Origin: Thermoproteota archaeon
GTDB lineage: Archaea > Thermoproteota > Thermoprotei > Gearchaeales > Gearchaeaceae
Length of the DNA stretch: 64,000 bases
Direction of reading: 5' to 3'
NCBI GenBank assembly: GCA_032249235.1
Contig: JAVVGF010000004.1
Coordinates: forward strand, 43,525 to 107,524
The notes beneath the pieces were generated by a model. It made no database searches and was not told the origin of the DNA. It saw only the letters and a program-made list of their open reading frames with translations. The position numbers were made by a program, and so were the translations under genes. Below are positions 51,229 through 61,140 of this stretch, piece by piece (positions within the stretch are counted from its first letter, which is position 1; the number at the start of each line of letters is the position of its first letter).

Positions 51229-51522
51229 ATGGAATTCAATGTGAAAGAAAAAACGAATAATTCAATATTGCTTTCTTTTAAAGACCTAGATATTGGCTTT
51301 TTGAATCTTCTAGCATATGAACTTTTGAAAGATAAACGTGTTTTAAACGCTTATGCTAGGAAGCCACATCCTTTGCTTGAAGAAGTCGAATTCTATATAT
51401 TAGTTTCAGAAGGAACAGATATAGTTTCTTTACTTGAAGAGAAAATTAACATCATAAAAAATGAGTTTTCTGAATTTAAACAAAAATTTTTAGAAAATCT
51501 TGAAAAGATTCATAAAGCTTGA
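51229..51522 (+). CDS. rpoL: RNA polymerase subunit L (Rpo11)
   Basis: FLNLL..AYARKPHPL; synteny. Confidence 0.88.
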   Translation: MEFNVKEKTNNSILLSFKDLDIGFLNLLAYELLKDKRVLNAYARKPHPLLEEVEFYILVSEGTDIVSLLEEKINIIKNEFSEFKQKFLENLEKIHKA

Positions 51523-51904
51523 AGCAAGAATTGCTTTCATCAATTTAGTTCGCGTAGATAAAAAAAGAATTATGAGCATGGTAATATACAGAGCAGGCTA
51601 TATTGAGGATGTTGAGTTTCATGAAATAAAGAACGCTCAAGAGCTTCTCCAGAAAATCGTAAATTCAAGGCATTTCAAACAAATTAGATACGTAGTAATT
51701 AAAGGTAATATTAGCGAAATGTCTGATTCTCTTTTCAACAATTTCCCTTTACCTATTATATACATGAATAAAAAAATAAGATTGTACAATTTAACAGAAG
51801 AAGAATTCAAAATCATCAATTCAAGGAATTTCTTGAGAGATGGTTTAAATATAAGCAAGATTATCTCTAATCTAATTAAGCATTATGATAAGATTTTGCC
51901 CTAA
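51500..51904 (+). CDS. Hypothetical protein, possibly a degenerate DUF99/endonuclease V-like protein
   Basis: Position between rpoL and tfs; SRHFKQIRYVVI and LPIIY resemble DUF99. Confidence 0.5.
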   Translation: MKRFIKLEARIAFINLVRVDKKRIMSMVIYRAGYIEDVEFHEIKNAQELLQKIVNSRHFKQIRYVVIKGNISEMSDSLFNNFPLPIIYMNKKIRLYNLTEEEFKIINSRNFLRDGLNISKIISNLIKHYDKILP

Positions 51905-52211
51905 ATGCGGCAATTTATTAAAGCCTCAGAAAGATAGCAATAAGTTGGTTTGTTTATCATGTGGGTATTATGAATTAATTCAAAATAAGCTTAGCTTAGC
52001 TATAACTACTTCTGTTCAGAAAAAGAAAAAAGAAATCATTATTGATGAAGGTGATAGAGGACATCAAATGCCTACTGCAGAAGTTACATGCCCTAAATGC
52101 GGAAATGAAAAAGCATATTGGTGGTTAGTCCAAACTAGAAGGGCAGATGAGCCTCCTACTACTTTTTATCGTTGCACTAAGTGCAATCATACTTGGAGAG
52201 ATTACAGGTAA
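51885..52211 (+). CDS. tfs: Transcript cleavage factor TFS
   Basis: Two Zn ribbons; QTRRADEPPTTFYRC. Confidence 0.95.
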   Translation: MIRFCPKCGNLLKPQKDSNKLVCLSCGYYELIQNKLSLAITTSVQKKKKEIIIDEGDRGHQMPTAEVTCPKCGNEKAYWWLVQTRRADEPPTTFYRCTKCNHTWRDYR

Positions 52212-52248
52212 ATATTTATGATTTTTTTAATTTAATTATTTGAAGCTT

Positions 52249-53001
52249 ATGTTGAGAATAGAATTTGAAGATGCGAAGAATTGGCTTGACCTATTAGATG
52301 CTATCAGAGATATTGTTGAAGAAGCAGTATTCACAGCTAGCCAAGAAGGTCTCTCTTTGAGAGCTATGGATAGTGCAAGAGTTGCGATGATAGATCTAAA
52401 GCTACCTGTAGTTTATTTTCCAGATTTTAAAATTGAGGAAGAAAAAGTTTCCTTTGCGATCTCAGTCGCTGATATGGTCAAATCACTTAAAGGAATAAAG
52501 AAAGGCTATAGGCTAATTTTAGAGCTTACTCAAGAAAATCTTTTGAGACTTGAATTCATAGGAAAAGGAAGGCATGCTTTCGAATTTCCTTTGCTTGATA
52601 TTTCTCCTGAATCAATTCCTTCGCTGAAATTGAATTTTGAAGCACATGTTAAAATAGAGACAGATATAATAGGGAATGCCATAAAAAATCTAGAGAAATT
52701 CAGTGATTATATTAGATTCAAGGCTACCAGCGATAAGCTAATTTTACATGGGAGAAGTGAAAAAGGAAGGGCGAGCTCAGAATTTCTTAGAGATGAATTG
52801 ATAAGCTTAGATGTAGTTAAAGACTGTGAAGCTTCTTATTCTACTGAATATCTACTCAATATACTGGGAAGGAGCGAATTATCTGAAGTAACTAGCATAG
52901 AATTCGGAAACAGAATGCCTCTAAAGGCTACCTATATGCTTGCAGGTGAAGGAGAGGTATCTTATTACTTAGCACCTAGAACAGAAACTGAAATTGAATG
53001 A
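52249..53001 (+). CDS. pcn: DNA polymerase sliding clamp PCNA
   Basis: LRAMDSARVAMI, YYLAPR. Confidence 0.95.
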   Translation: MLRIEFEDAKNWLDLLDAIRDIVEEAVFTASQEGLSLRAMDSARVAMIDLKLPVVYFPDFKIEEEKVSFAISVADMVKSLKGIKKGYRLILELTQENLLRLEFIGKGRHAFEFPLLDISPESIPSLKLNFEAHVKIETDIIGNAIKNLEKFSDYIRFKATSDKLILHGRSEKGRASSEFLRDELISLDVVKDCEASYSTEYLLNILGRSELSEVTSIEFGNRMPLKATYMLAGEGEVSYYLAPRTETEIE

Positions 53002-54032
53002 GTATAGATGTCAAAGAATTATCAAAATATCCTTTTCTTGATTCCCTTAAGGAATATTTAGAAATTTCTGATTTTAACCTTGAGGAGATATTAAATAAGG
53101 AAAATAAAATACTTAATGCTTCTATAGCTAGAATAAAATCATTGAATGAAAAGGACTATTCATTCGATTTTGATCCCGATACCAATATAAAAAGCTTTGT
53201 TGTTAGCCTTTTCATTGTTGCTCATTTAGGGACAGCTTTTATAGAGAAATTTGCAGAAAGAGAATCTAAAAGGTTATCTAGAATAATAAAAAGTGAGATA
53301 GAAAATAAAAATTTTAGTGAAATAATAAAGATTTCAAGAGTTTTAGTATCTAAGGATATTAATTTAAAACAAATTAAAACTAAAAATTCTACAATTGATT
53401 CTTTTTATTTAAAAATAAAAGATTATTTAAAATATGCAGCTTATTTAGGAGATTACAATTGGGCTCTTGCTTTTCATGAAATAAAAGAAGGATATATTTA
53501 TCTAACTTCTAAAGAATTATCAAGAATTTTAGAAGAAGCTTATAGGCAATGGATAATAATTAAATGCAATGAATTAAGAGACATATATCTGCCTATGATT
53601 GAGCCTTTGATAGAGAAAATAAGCAAGGAATTGCCTCCTATTAAAAGAGTTTCTCATTACGAAGAAAAAATTGAATATAAAGGAGTAGATCCTCCATGTA
53701 TGAGAATTCTCTTGAATGATCTAAAGAGCGGTAAAAAGCTTTCGCATATGGGAAACTTTGCTCTAGCTACTTATTTAAGAGTAATAGGTTATTCCGTTGA
53801 AGAGGCATTAGAATTATTCAAAAATCTTCCAGATTTTAAGGAGAATATAGCAAGATATCAAATAGAGCATATATATGGCTTAAGAGGTGGAAGAAAAGTA
53901 TATTCTGTTCCTAGCTGTATAACATTAAGAGCTGCAAATCTTTGCTTTCCAGAATCTCCTGGATGCGATAATATCAAGCATCCTTTACAATATATTAAAA
54001 AAATTAAAAATGTCAGAAAGCAAAATAATTAA
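52998..54032 (+). CDS. priL: DNA primase large subunit
   Basis: KYPFL, PPCM, YQIEHIYG, PSC..C..C FeS ligands. Confidence 0.93.
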   Translation: MSIDVKELSKYPFLDSLKEYLEISDFNLEEILNKENKILNASIARIKSLNEKDYSFDFDPDTNIKSFVVSLFIVAHLGTAFIEKFAERESKRLSRIIKSEIENKNFSEIIKISRVLVSKDINLKQIKTKNSTIDSFYLKIKDYLKYAAYLGDYNWALAFHEIKEGYIYLTSKELSRILEEAYRQWIIIKCNELRDIYLPMIEPLIEKISKELPPIKRVSHYEEKIEYKGVDPPCMRILLNDLKSGKKLSHMGNFALATYLRVIGYSVEEALELFKNLPDFKENIARYQIEHIYGLRGGRKVYSVPSCITLRAANLCFPESPGCDNIKHPLQYIKKIKNVRKQNN

Positions 54033-55242
54033 TCTATTCAGAAGTTATTATGCAAATTTAAAAGAAGAAGATTTGAATGTTAGGAATCTAGAAAATAGAG
54101 AATTTGCTATATGGAATTTCAATTCGAATACAATGAAAAGACACTTGGCATTTAAGGATTCTAAAGAATTGAAAAAATTTTTAATTTCTCAATCTCCTAG
54201 GCATGTATATTATTCAGCGAGCATTTATGAATATCCCTCGATACCAGATATGGAAATGAAGAGGATAGTTAAAACAGATCTCATATTCGATATCGACATA
54301 GATCATGTTCCTACAGAATGCAAAAAAATCCATGATTCCTGGACTTGTAAGAACTGCAATAATTCTGGAAAAGGTTATGTCGAAGTATGTCCTGTTTGCA
54401 ACAGTTATTCTTTAGAAAAATTCAGTTTTGTTTGCAATGAATGTCTTAATGTAGCAAAAGAAAAAGCTCTAATCCTCATTGAAGACTTTTTATTCGCAGA
54501 TTTAGGCGTTTCAAAAGATGAAGTAAAAATAGTTTTTTCGGGAAATAGAGGTTACCACATACACGTTTTTAATGAGGAATGGTCTAGTTTAGATTCTAAA
54601 GCTAGAAGTATGCTTATAGATTACATAAAAGGCATTAGCGCTAAGTTATATCTACATGAATATTTAAAAAAGAATAAGTATAAATTCAAAGGAATTTTGG
54701 CTTCTGGTTTTCCTTCAAGATTTGCTGAGAAATTACTTGAAACGATGCTTACTATAGATAATATGATCAACAAGCTAGATTTGAAAAAAGAAATCATTGA
54801 AGGAATAATGTCTAATAAAGAAAGAATAATATTGGCTATGCAAGGTTATGTCTGCGACTACAGCTTCATTAAAGAATTTGGAAAAAAAGCGAAAGATATT
54901 CTAAATAAAGTGATTGAAGAAATAAGTGTTGAAATCGATGAAAGAGTAACTGTAGATTTGCACAGATTGATCCGCATGCCAAATACTATTCATGGTAAAA
55001 CGGGTTTGAAAGTTACTTCAATGAATTATGAAGATCTTGAAAATTTCGAGCCATATAGAGATAGCATAGTATTTAAGAAGGGTTATGCTAAGATTAAATA
55101 TAAAGTGAAAGCTGATTTTCCTAAAATAATAATGGACGAAACTGAATATGATCTTCAAAACATCGAAAATAAACCGATTCCTTTATTTCTAGCTTTATAT
55201 TTAGCTTTAAACGAATATGCTACGATAAATGAGTTCATTTAA
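54010..55242 (+). CDS. priS: DNA primase small (catalytic) subunit
   Basis: REFA, FDIDID, FSGNRGYH, IDERVT..RLIRMP..HGKTG. Confidence 0.95.
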   Translation: MSESKIINLFRSYYANLKEEDLNVRNLENREFAIWNFNSNTMKRHLAFKDSKELKKFLISQSPRHVYYSASIYEYPSIPDMEMKRIVKTDLIFDIDIDHVPTECKKIHDSWTCKNCNNSGKGYVEVCPVCNSYSLEKFSFVCNECLNVAKEKALILIEDFLFADLGVSKDEVKIVFSGNRGYHIHVFNEEWSSLDSKARSMLIDYIKGISAKLYLHEYLKKNKYKFKGILASGFPSRFAEKLLETMLTIDNMINKLDLKKEIIEGIMSNKERIILAMQGYVCDYSFIKEFGKKAKDILNKVIEEISVEIDERVTVDLHRLIRMPNTIHGKTGLKVTSMNYEDLENFEPYRDSIVFKKGYAKIKYKVKADFPKIIMDETEYDLQNIENKPIPLFLALYLALNEYATINEFI

Positions 55243-55723
55243 AGATCCTTTTATAAAAAAACTTTATGAAAAACTAAATGAAGAAAGAGCTAATTCTCTT
55301 GCTTTAAATCCTAATAAGAGCTTGTATGAGCTTCTTTATGAACTTGCTAAAAGAGAATCTCCAAAAAATGAAAATCTTAATGGTAAAATCAAGCAACTAG
55401 AATTGAAGCTTGCTAAATTATTGGCTTACTCTATAATAAGGCATAAATCGAAGAAAATATCGAAGTATTTCAATATGGGATTATCTAATCCTTCTTTTTT
55501 GGAAATATTGTTCAGTGCAGAAAGTAAATTCTTCAAAAAGATCTCAGAAAAATTATCTTTAATAATCATAACTGGAGAAGAAGGGATACCAATTGTTACA
55601 GGAGAAGAAGGTATCAAATATGGCCCTTTCAAAAAGGGAGATATAGTTTTTATATCAGAAAGTTTTTCTTCTTTATTAATAAAAAAGAAATTAGCGAGGT
55701 TGATGAAAAGTGAAAGTACCTGA
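55229..55723 (+). CDS. GINS51 (Gins15)-like protein
   Basis: C-terminal B-domain-like YGPFKKGDIVFI; canonical position between priS and rpl44e. Confidence 0.7.
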   Translation: MSSFKDPFIKKLYEKLNEERANSLALNPNKSLYELLYELAKRESPKNENLNGKIKQLELKLAKLLAYSIIRHKSKKISKYFNMGLSNPSFLEILFSAESKFFKKISEKLSLIIITGEEGIPIVTGEEGIKYGPFKKGDIVFISESFSSLLIKKKLARLMKSEST

Positions 55724-55991
55724 TACAATAAGGACATATTGTCCTAGATGTAATGCTCATACAGAGCATAAAGTAGAGCTATATAAAACAGGAAAGAGAA
55801 GAAACCTAGCACAAGGTCAAAGAAGATATTTGAGGAAAAATTTAGGATATGGAAGCAAAAGAACTGCGGAACAAAAGCGCTTCGCAAAGACCACAAAAAA
55901 ACAAGTCCTTAAATTGATTTGCGTAAAATGCAAGTATGTCTTGCATAGGAAAGGTATTAGGCTTAAGAAAATAGAAATAGTTAAGAAGTGA
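55710..55991 (+). CDS. rpl44e: 50S ribosomal protein L44e
   Basis: RTYCPRCNAHTEH, AKTTKK. Confidence 0.96.
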   Translation: MKVPDTIRTYCPRCNAHTEHKVELYKTGKRRNLAQGQRRYLRKNLGYGSKRTAEQKRFAKTTKKQVLKLICVKCKYVLHRKGIRLKKIEIVKK

Positions 55992-55992
55992 A

Positions 55993-56193
55993 ATGGTGAA
56001 GAAAAGAAAGGAAATAATACCAAGACCTAAAAGCTGTTTCATAAAAGTTAAGTGCAATAACTGCGGAGCTGAAAGGATAATATTCGATCATACAACAACT
56101 TTGATAACATGTAGAATATGTAAAGAAATCCTAGCAGAACCCACTGGAGGGAAAGCAATAATAAAAGCAAAGGTAGTAGCGAAGTATGGTTGA
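55993..56193 (+). CDS. rps27e: 30S ribosomal protein S27e
   Basis: VKCNNC..CRIC..PTGGKA. Confidence 0.96.
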   Translation: MVKKRKEIIPRPKSCFIKVKCNNCGAERIIFDHTTTLITCRICKEILAEPTGGKAIIKAKVVAKYG

Positions 56194-56971
56194 GCTGCCT
56201 AAGGTGAATTCTATTGTCATTGCTACTGCAAAGAAAGTCTTAGAGCATGGAGCATATTTCACGCTAGATGAATATGGATCTTTAGAAGCTTATATGCCAA
56301 TAGGAGAAGTTTCCAGTAGTAGAATTGTAGATATCGAAGACGCAATAAAAGTAGGTAAGAAATACGTATGTAAAGTTATAAGAGTCGATCCTTCAAGGGC
56401 TTATGTTGATATCTCTTTAAAAAGAGTAACTGAACAAGAAAGGAGAAAAAAACTTATTGAATGGAAGAGAAATCAAAGAGCTGAAAAACTAATAGAAATG
56501 CTTGCTAACAAGGTTAAAATGGATAAGCAGTCTCTTATGAATAAGCTTTCACATTATATCGGTACTTATTTTGAAGATTATCTTGCTTTCTTTGAAAAAC
56601 CAATAAAAGAAGGAAGCGAAGTGCTAGATAATTTAGATATCGATACTAACATAAAAAATTCGATAATCGAAATAGCAAAAGAATATATAAGAATACCTAT
56701 TCCAGAGCTTAAAGAAGAGATATCATTTTTTAGCCTAGCTAAAAATGGAGTAATTCAAATAAAAGAAATATTGAATCATGCATACAATGAAACTTCATCT
56801 ATCAAAGGAATTAAAGGGATTGAAATTAGCTATCTAGGAGCTACGCGCTTTCTTGTTAGGATTCAAGCAAGTAACTATAAAATAGGCGAGCTTGCAAAAG
56901 AGAGATTCAACACGATTTTAAATGAAAAATCCAAAGCATTAGGTGTTAGCTTTTCTTTCAAGGAGCTTTAA
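56186..56971 (+). CDS. eif2a: Translation initiation factor 2 alpha subunit
   Basis: S1 domain LDEYG, KVIRVD..DISLKRV. Confidence 0.94.
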   Translation: MVELPKVNSIVIATAKKVLEHGAYFTLDEYGSLEAYMPIGEVSSSRIVDIEDAIKVGKKYVCKVIRVDPSRAYVDISLKRVTEQERRKKLIEWKRNQRAEKLIEMLANKVKMDKQSLMNKLSHYIGTYFEDYLAFFEKPIKEGSEVLDNLDIDTNIKNSIIEIAKEYIRIPIPELKEEISFFSLAKNGVIQIKEILNHAYNETSSIKGIKGIEISYLGATRFLVRIQASNYKIGELAKERFNTILNEKSKALGVSFSFKEL

Positions 56972-57134
56972 TCTTTCCTTTCCTAGCTATTATAGCCTGG
57001 AATTTTATTTCTAAATATTTGTCAAGCGGTGAGAATTTAGGAGGATGAACATTCATTAATTCTTTAGATTTACAAACAGGGCATTCGTTTTTTATGGTAT
57101 ATCTCTTACAGTTGCTGCACTTAAGTATTGCCAA
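56958..57134 (-). CDS. nop10: H/ACA RNP protein Nop10, 58 aa, TTG start, absent from the ORF track
   Basis: Translated by hand: KCSNCKRYTIKNECPVCK...HPPKFSPLDKY. Confidence 0.93.
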   Translation of the reverse strand: MAILKCSNCKRYTIKNECPVCKSKELMNVHPPKFSPLDKYLEIKFQAIIARKGKIKAP

Positions 57135-59244
57135 TTTTTTCTGGATATAATATTTTGAAAATTAAAACTGAACCATGAGGAGATTGATATACAAGTGTGA
57201 AATATGTAGGAGCAGGTATGTTGATTTGATTTAAAATTGAGGGGTATATTTGTCTTTTGTTGGGTATGTTAAGGAAAAGCATTTTATAAAGAACTACATC
57301 TTTTGCTTTTGGCCCTATTGGCAAAGTTAAGGCTACTTGCTGATTACCTATTGTAATAGTAGTTGTATTTAAATACCATTGTCTGACTTGTTGATCTGTA
57401 TAGTTATATCCAATCCTTAGCATCCAATAACTTTTTTCAAGATCGCCTCCAATAGGTATTAAATAACCGCTAGCATTGTACATGTCTTCATAAACTAGCA
57501 CGTATGAAGCACCGAATTTCTTCAAAATATTTAGTGAAGTATTTTCATCGCTTATCAATGCTCTTGCTAACAAGTATATTTGAGTATAGTTGAAGTTAGC
57601 GTTATCAGCTAAAGTTATTCTTCCAGTATTCACAGTTATCCAATAACCATAATCCCACCATGAAGCGATCACAGCATTTTGCGGTAAGCTATTTTTAATC
57701 CATTCAAAAGTAGCTATCCAGTCATATGTAACACTTCCTGTTTCTGTAGAAATTATGCTTTGAGGTATACTTGCTGCTCTTAATGGATTGGTTTGCGTTG
57801 CTGTACTTGTAAATATCGTGATAAGAATTAAGACTATTAATAATACAGCTCCATAGTTAGTAGGTATTCCTTTAAATAAGCGTGCTCTCCTTCTTTCCAA
57901 ATATTCTTTAGGAGGTCTGAATATTGCGGCATATGATCCTATTATCGAAGCAAGGGCGATTGCTCCAACAATCATTGTAGGCTGAACTGATAGCATAAAT
58001 AATCTATTCGTTGCTGCAGTTGCGTGTAATGAAGTTAGCGTAGTAATAATCATGAATATATCCATGTTAGAAGCTCTTTTTGTTATCAAATAGATTCCAA
58101 AAGGAAGCATTATGAACATTAAATTGAAATTCAAAAAGAATTGGGCCCAACTTGTTGCATAATGTTCAGCTACCGATTCTAACCATGGATTTTGTGATTT
58201 ATAAAATGGATTTATTACAATTAAGAATTTCCCAACTATACCTTGAAAATATCCAAGTCTTTCTAATAAATAAGCAATTCCTATTGTACCGCCTATTACT
58301 GAAGCTAAATAAACTGTAAGCCTTAAAGGTGTGATCCTTTTCAAAATCTTAAATAGATAAAGTTCAGCAAAAATTGCAACGTAAGCAAGATAAACTAAAA
58401 GCATTTGTGCTGAAGGAAGATATCCTCTAGCTCTTGGTACGATCAAAGCAAAAATCAAAGCTATCGTCATTGAAATCAAATAGCTCTTTATTATATCGTT
58501 GTTGATCCTTCTAAACACGACAAGCACTATGATCGTTAATGCAAAGAGATTGAGAACGTAAATGAAAGCTCCCCATGTCATGACTATCAATCCAAGAGCT
58601 ATGCCTCCTACGAATGGCCAAATTCTTGTGTTGCCTTTCATCGCTTTAAGGAATGATAAAATAAAAAGTGCAATGTATATTTGAGAAATACTATCATCAT
58701 CGAAGAAACCATAACTTGTTCTAGGTAAAGTCGCAGCAGAAATTGCGAAGAAAAATGAAGCTATCAATCCGGCTGTTTTGCTATGCAGTTCTTTACCTAT
58801 GAAATATAACAAAACAGTTGTTATCGCAGCAGAAAAAGCAGGAATGAAGCCTACTACATACATCATAGGTAAATTGATACCCAAACCTTTCAAAATCAAG
58901 TAAATAAAAGCGCCGACAAAAGGAACACCTGGGTAAGCATTAGAAGGTATATCTCGACCGGTAGGATACCAGAATAGTTTATTAACTGGTTGAGTAAACC
59001 ATGCAATGAATCCACCCCAACCTTTATCTACTATCCATTGTGCTTGATAATATTGAAAATAAGGATCGAACTCATTCAAATAAGGTCCATATTTTAATGG
59101 TATCAACCTTATTGATAACGTAACTATGAAATTGAATGTTAATACAGCTGCAATTAATAACGTTTCTGCTGAAGGTTTTGGTAAGCCTTTAAATGGCTTG
59201 GCTAGCCAAGAAAATGCATTTTTAATTTTTCTCTTGAAACTCAT
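57121..59244 (-). CDS. aglB: Oligosaccharyltransferase AglB (STT3)
   Basis: EFDPY, SVAEH, WWDYG, DLEK; multi-TM. Confidence 0.96.
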   Translation of the reverse strand: MSFKRKIKNAFSWLAKPFKGLPKPSAETLLIAAVLTFNFIVTLSIRLIPLKYGPYLNEFDPYFQYYQAQWIVDKGWGGFIAWFTQPVNKLFWYPTGRDIPSNAYPGVPFVGAFIYLILKGLGINLPMMYVVGFIPAFSAAITTVLLYFIGKELHSKTAGLIASFFFAISAATLPRTSYGFFDDDSISQIYIALFILSFLKAMKGNTRIWPFVGGIALGLIVMTWGAFIYVLNLFALTIIVLVVFRRINNDIIKSYLISMTIALIFALIVPRARGYLPSAQMLLVYLAYVAIFAELYLFKILKRITPLRLTVYLASVIGGTIGIAYLLERLGYFQGIVGKFLIVINPFYKSQNPWLESVAEHYATSWAQFFLNFNLMFIMLPFGIYLITKRASNMDIFMIITTLTSLHATAATNRLFMLSVQPTMIVGAIALASIIGSYAAIFRPPKEYLERRRARLFKGIPTNYGAVLLIVLILITIFTSTATQTNPLRAASIPQSIISTETGSVTYDWIATFEWIKNSLPQNAVIASWWDYGYWITVNTGRITLADNANFNYTQIYLLARALISDENTSLNILKKFGASYVLVYEDMYNASGYLIPIGGDLEKSYWMLRIGYNYTDQQVRQWYLNTTTITIGNQQVALTLPIGPKAKDVVLYKMLFLNIPNKRQIYPSILNQINIPAPTYFTLVYQSPHGSVLIFKILYPEKIGNT

Positions 59245-59279
59245 TGAATTTTTAAATATCAAAATATTATTTAACCTTT

Positions 59280-59663
59280 ATGAGTTCGCCATATCCTAAG
59301 GATAGAAAATATACTAAAGAGCATGAATGGGCTTTATTAGAAAAGAACATTGCAGTTGTCGGTATAACATGGTATGCACAATCGAAATTGAAGGATATAG
59401 TATATATCGAGCTACCAAAAGTAGGAAAGAAAGTTAAGAAGGGAGATGTATTAGCTGTGGTAGAATCTGTGAAGACTGCTTCAGATGTTTATTCTCCTCT
59501 TAGCGGTGAAGTAATAGAGGTGAATGTAAAGTTGGAAAGAAATCCTGAGCTCATAAATAAAGATCCTTACGGAGAAGGGTGGATAGCCAAAATAAAGATA
59601 GAGAATGTAGATGAAATTAAAGAATTATTATCAGCTGAGGAGTATGAGAAGTTAGTTTCGTGA
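59280..59663 (+). CDS. gcvH: Glycine cleavage H (lipoyl carrier) protein
   Basis: [23 protein letters not shown]. Confidence 0.95.
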   Translation: MSSPYPKDRKYTKEHEWALLEKNIAVVGITWYAQSKLKDIVYIELPKVGKKVKKGDVLAVVESVKTASDVYSPLSGEVIEVNVKLERNPELINKDPYGEGWIAKIKIENVDEIKELLSAEEYEKLVS

Positions 59664-60158
59664 TTTAATCTTAGATAAAACATAAGGAAAGGAAATACCT
59701 TTATTTTTCAATACTTTTAACCATGTTTCATATGCAATGTCTAAATATTTTTTCATTTCTTCAGGAGTTTCAGCCTTTTGACTTTCGTAAAGAGTATATT
59801 CTACAATTGCTTTAGCATGTTCTATATCGAGAGGGTCTTTTAGTTCGAGCCCTTTCTCTTCAATTATCCTTCGTGAATTTTCTATATCAAAAACATAAAT
59901 TGGTCTTCTTCTATAGCCAGATATAAATATCCAAATCATGCTTCCGATTATGATAGAATATGAAATCATAAGTAAGCCATTGCTATTAACATAACGTGCT
60001 ATTAAATAGGCTATGCTTCCTATAAGCAATCCAAACATCCCAGTTATTGGATTAGGTTTCTTTATCATAGTGAACGGGTCTATGAATGCGATATCATAAA
60101 TTAAAGATAACAAAAACAATCTCCTTAGTTGAGATAACCACTTTAATTGTTCTTCCAT
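59652..60158 (-). CDS. Hypothetical membrane protein
   Basis: About three hydrophobic segments; ATG at 60158 avoids overlap with the divergent gene. Confidence 0.65.
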   Translation of the reverse strand: MEEQLKWLSQLRRLFLLSLIYDIAFIDPFTMIKKPNPITGMFGLLIGSIAYLIARYVNSNGLLMISYSIIIGSMIWIFISGYRRRPIYVFDIENSRRIIEEKGLELKDPLDIEHAKAIVEYTLYESQKAETPEEMKKYLDIAYETWLKVLKNKGISFPYVLSKIKSRN

Positions 60159-60195
60159 CAAAAATAAATTTATATGAACTGAAATATATCGTAAC

Positions 60196-60600
60196 ATGGC
60201 TAGAAAAGAAAGAATAAGCAATTTGACCATTAAAATAAAAGAAGGATTGAGATATTTCTTTAATAATTTGTCTCCTTATGTTTTAGCTTTGATAACGATC
60301 GCTTATTTGTCTGGTTTCATATTTATAGCTACTCAAAATGCATTGCCATATATTCAAACCTCTCCCAATTCGCCACCTATTATAATTTATCCAAATTCCT
60401 CTACACAACAAACTATTCTTGAAACAGTTTTGGTTTATATTGTATTGCTTCTCATATATGTTAGTCTTTTGGCTTTATACATAATAGGTACAAGAAGATA
60501 TCATGCAAAGCCGCCTACAACTCTTTTATCTCTATCGATTTTCATGCTATTTGTTTTATTCTTCATTCTCTGGGTAATTTTATTGCAAAAGGTTCCTTAA
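60196..60600 (+). CDS. Three-TM membrane protein, OST3/OST6/DC2-like candidate
   Basis: TM1, loop ending QTILE, TM2, TM3; about 1 kb from aglB. Confidence 0.5.
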   Translation: MARKERISNLTIKIKEGLRYFFNNLSPYVLALITIAYLSGFIFIATQNALPYIQTSPNSPPIIIYPNSSTQQTILETVLVYIVLLLIYVSLLALYIIGTRRYHAKPPTTLLSLSIFMLFVLFFILWVILLQKVP

Positions 60601-61140
60601 TCAATACGGTTTCTTCTTCAAACCCATTTTGAAAGCGCTAACGTTTGTGAATATATGAACGATAAAGGTGATCATGAAAACATATATTACGAAATCATAA
60701 GGTAAAGGACCTAAAACAAGAGATCTAAAAAATATTGCAAAGATTAAAAATCCTGTCTGATCGAATATAGGTAACATTTCACCTCTTTCTATTCCAATTC
60801 TTCTTTTTATAAATGAGCCAAGTAAATCTCCAAACATTGTACCTGTTACCAAAAGAATTCCTTCAATCCAATTTAAGTACAATTCTATTCTTAAAAAATT
60901 GCTTAAGTTATAAAGAACCATGAAATAAACAAAACCTATTAATAAACCAAAGAGCGTTCCTTCCAATGTTTTACCGTCTCCAAATATTCTTCTTCCATCG
61001 CTGAGTTTTTTCCCCATATCCAAAGGTCTTTTTTCATCGAATAAGCTATCTAAAAAAAGCGGAGCTGCATTCGCTGCATAACAAGGCGATACATAAAGCA
61101 ACGGGTATATGTAGAGAATGAAATTATCCATGTTATTCAA
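60601..61140 (-). CDS. carS: CDP-archaeol synthase
   Basis: ANAAP, DGRRIFGDGKTLEG, GDLLGSFIKRR, PIFDQ. Confidence 0.94.
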   Translation of the reverse strand: MNNMDNFILYIYPLLYVSPCYAANAAPLFLDSLFDEKRPLDMGKKLSDGRRIFGDGKTLEGTLFGLLIGFVYFMVLYNLSNFLRIELYLNWIEGILLVTGTMFGDLLGSFIKRRIGIERGEMLPIFDQTGFLIFAIFFRSLVLGPLPYDFVIYVFMITFIVHIFTNVSAFKMGLKKKPY

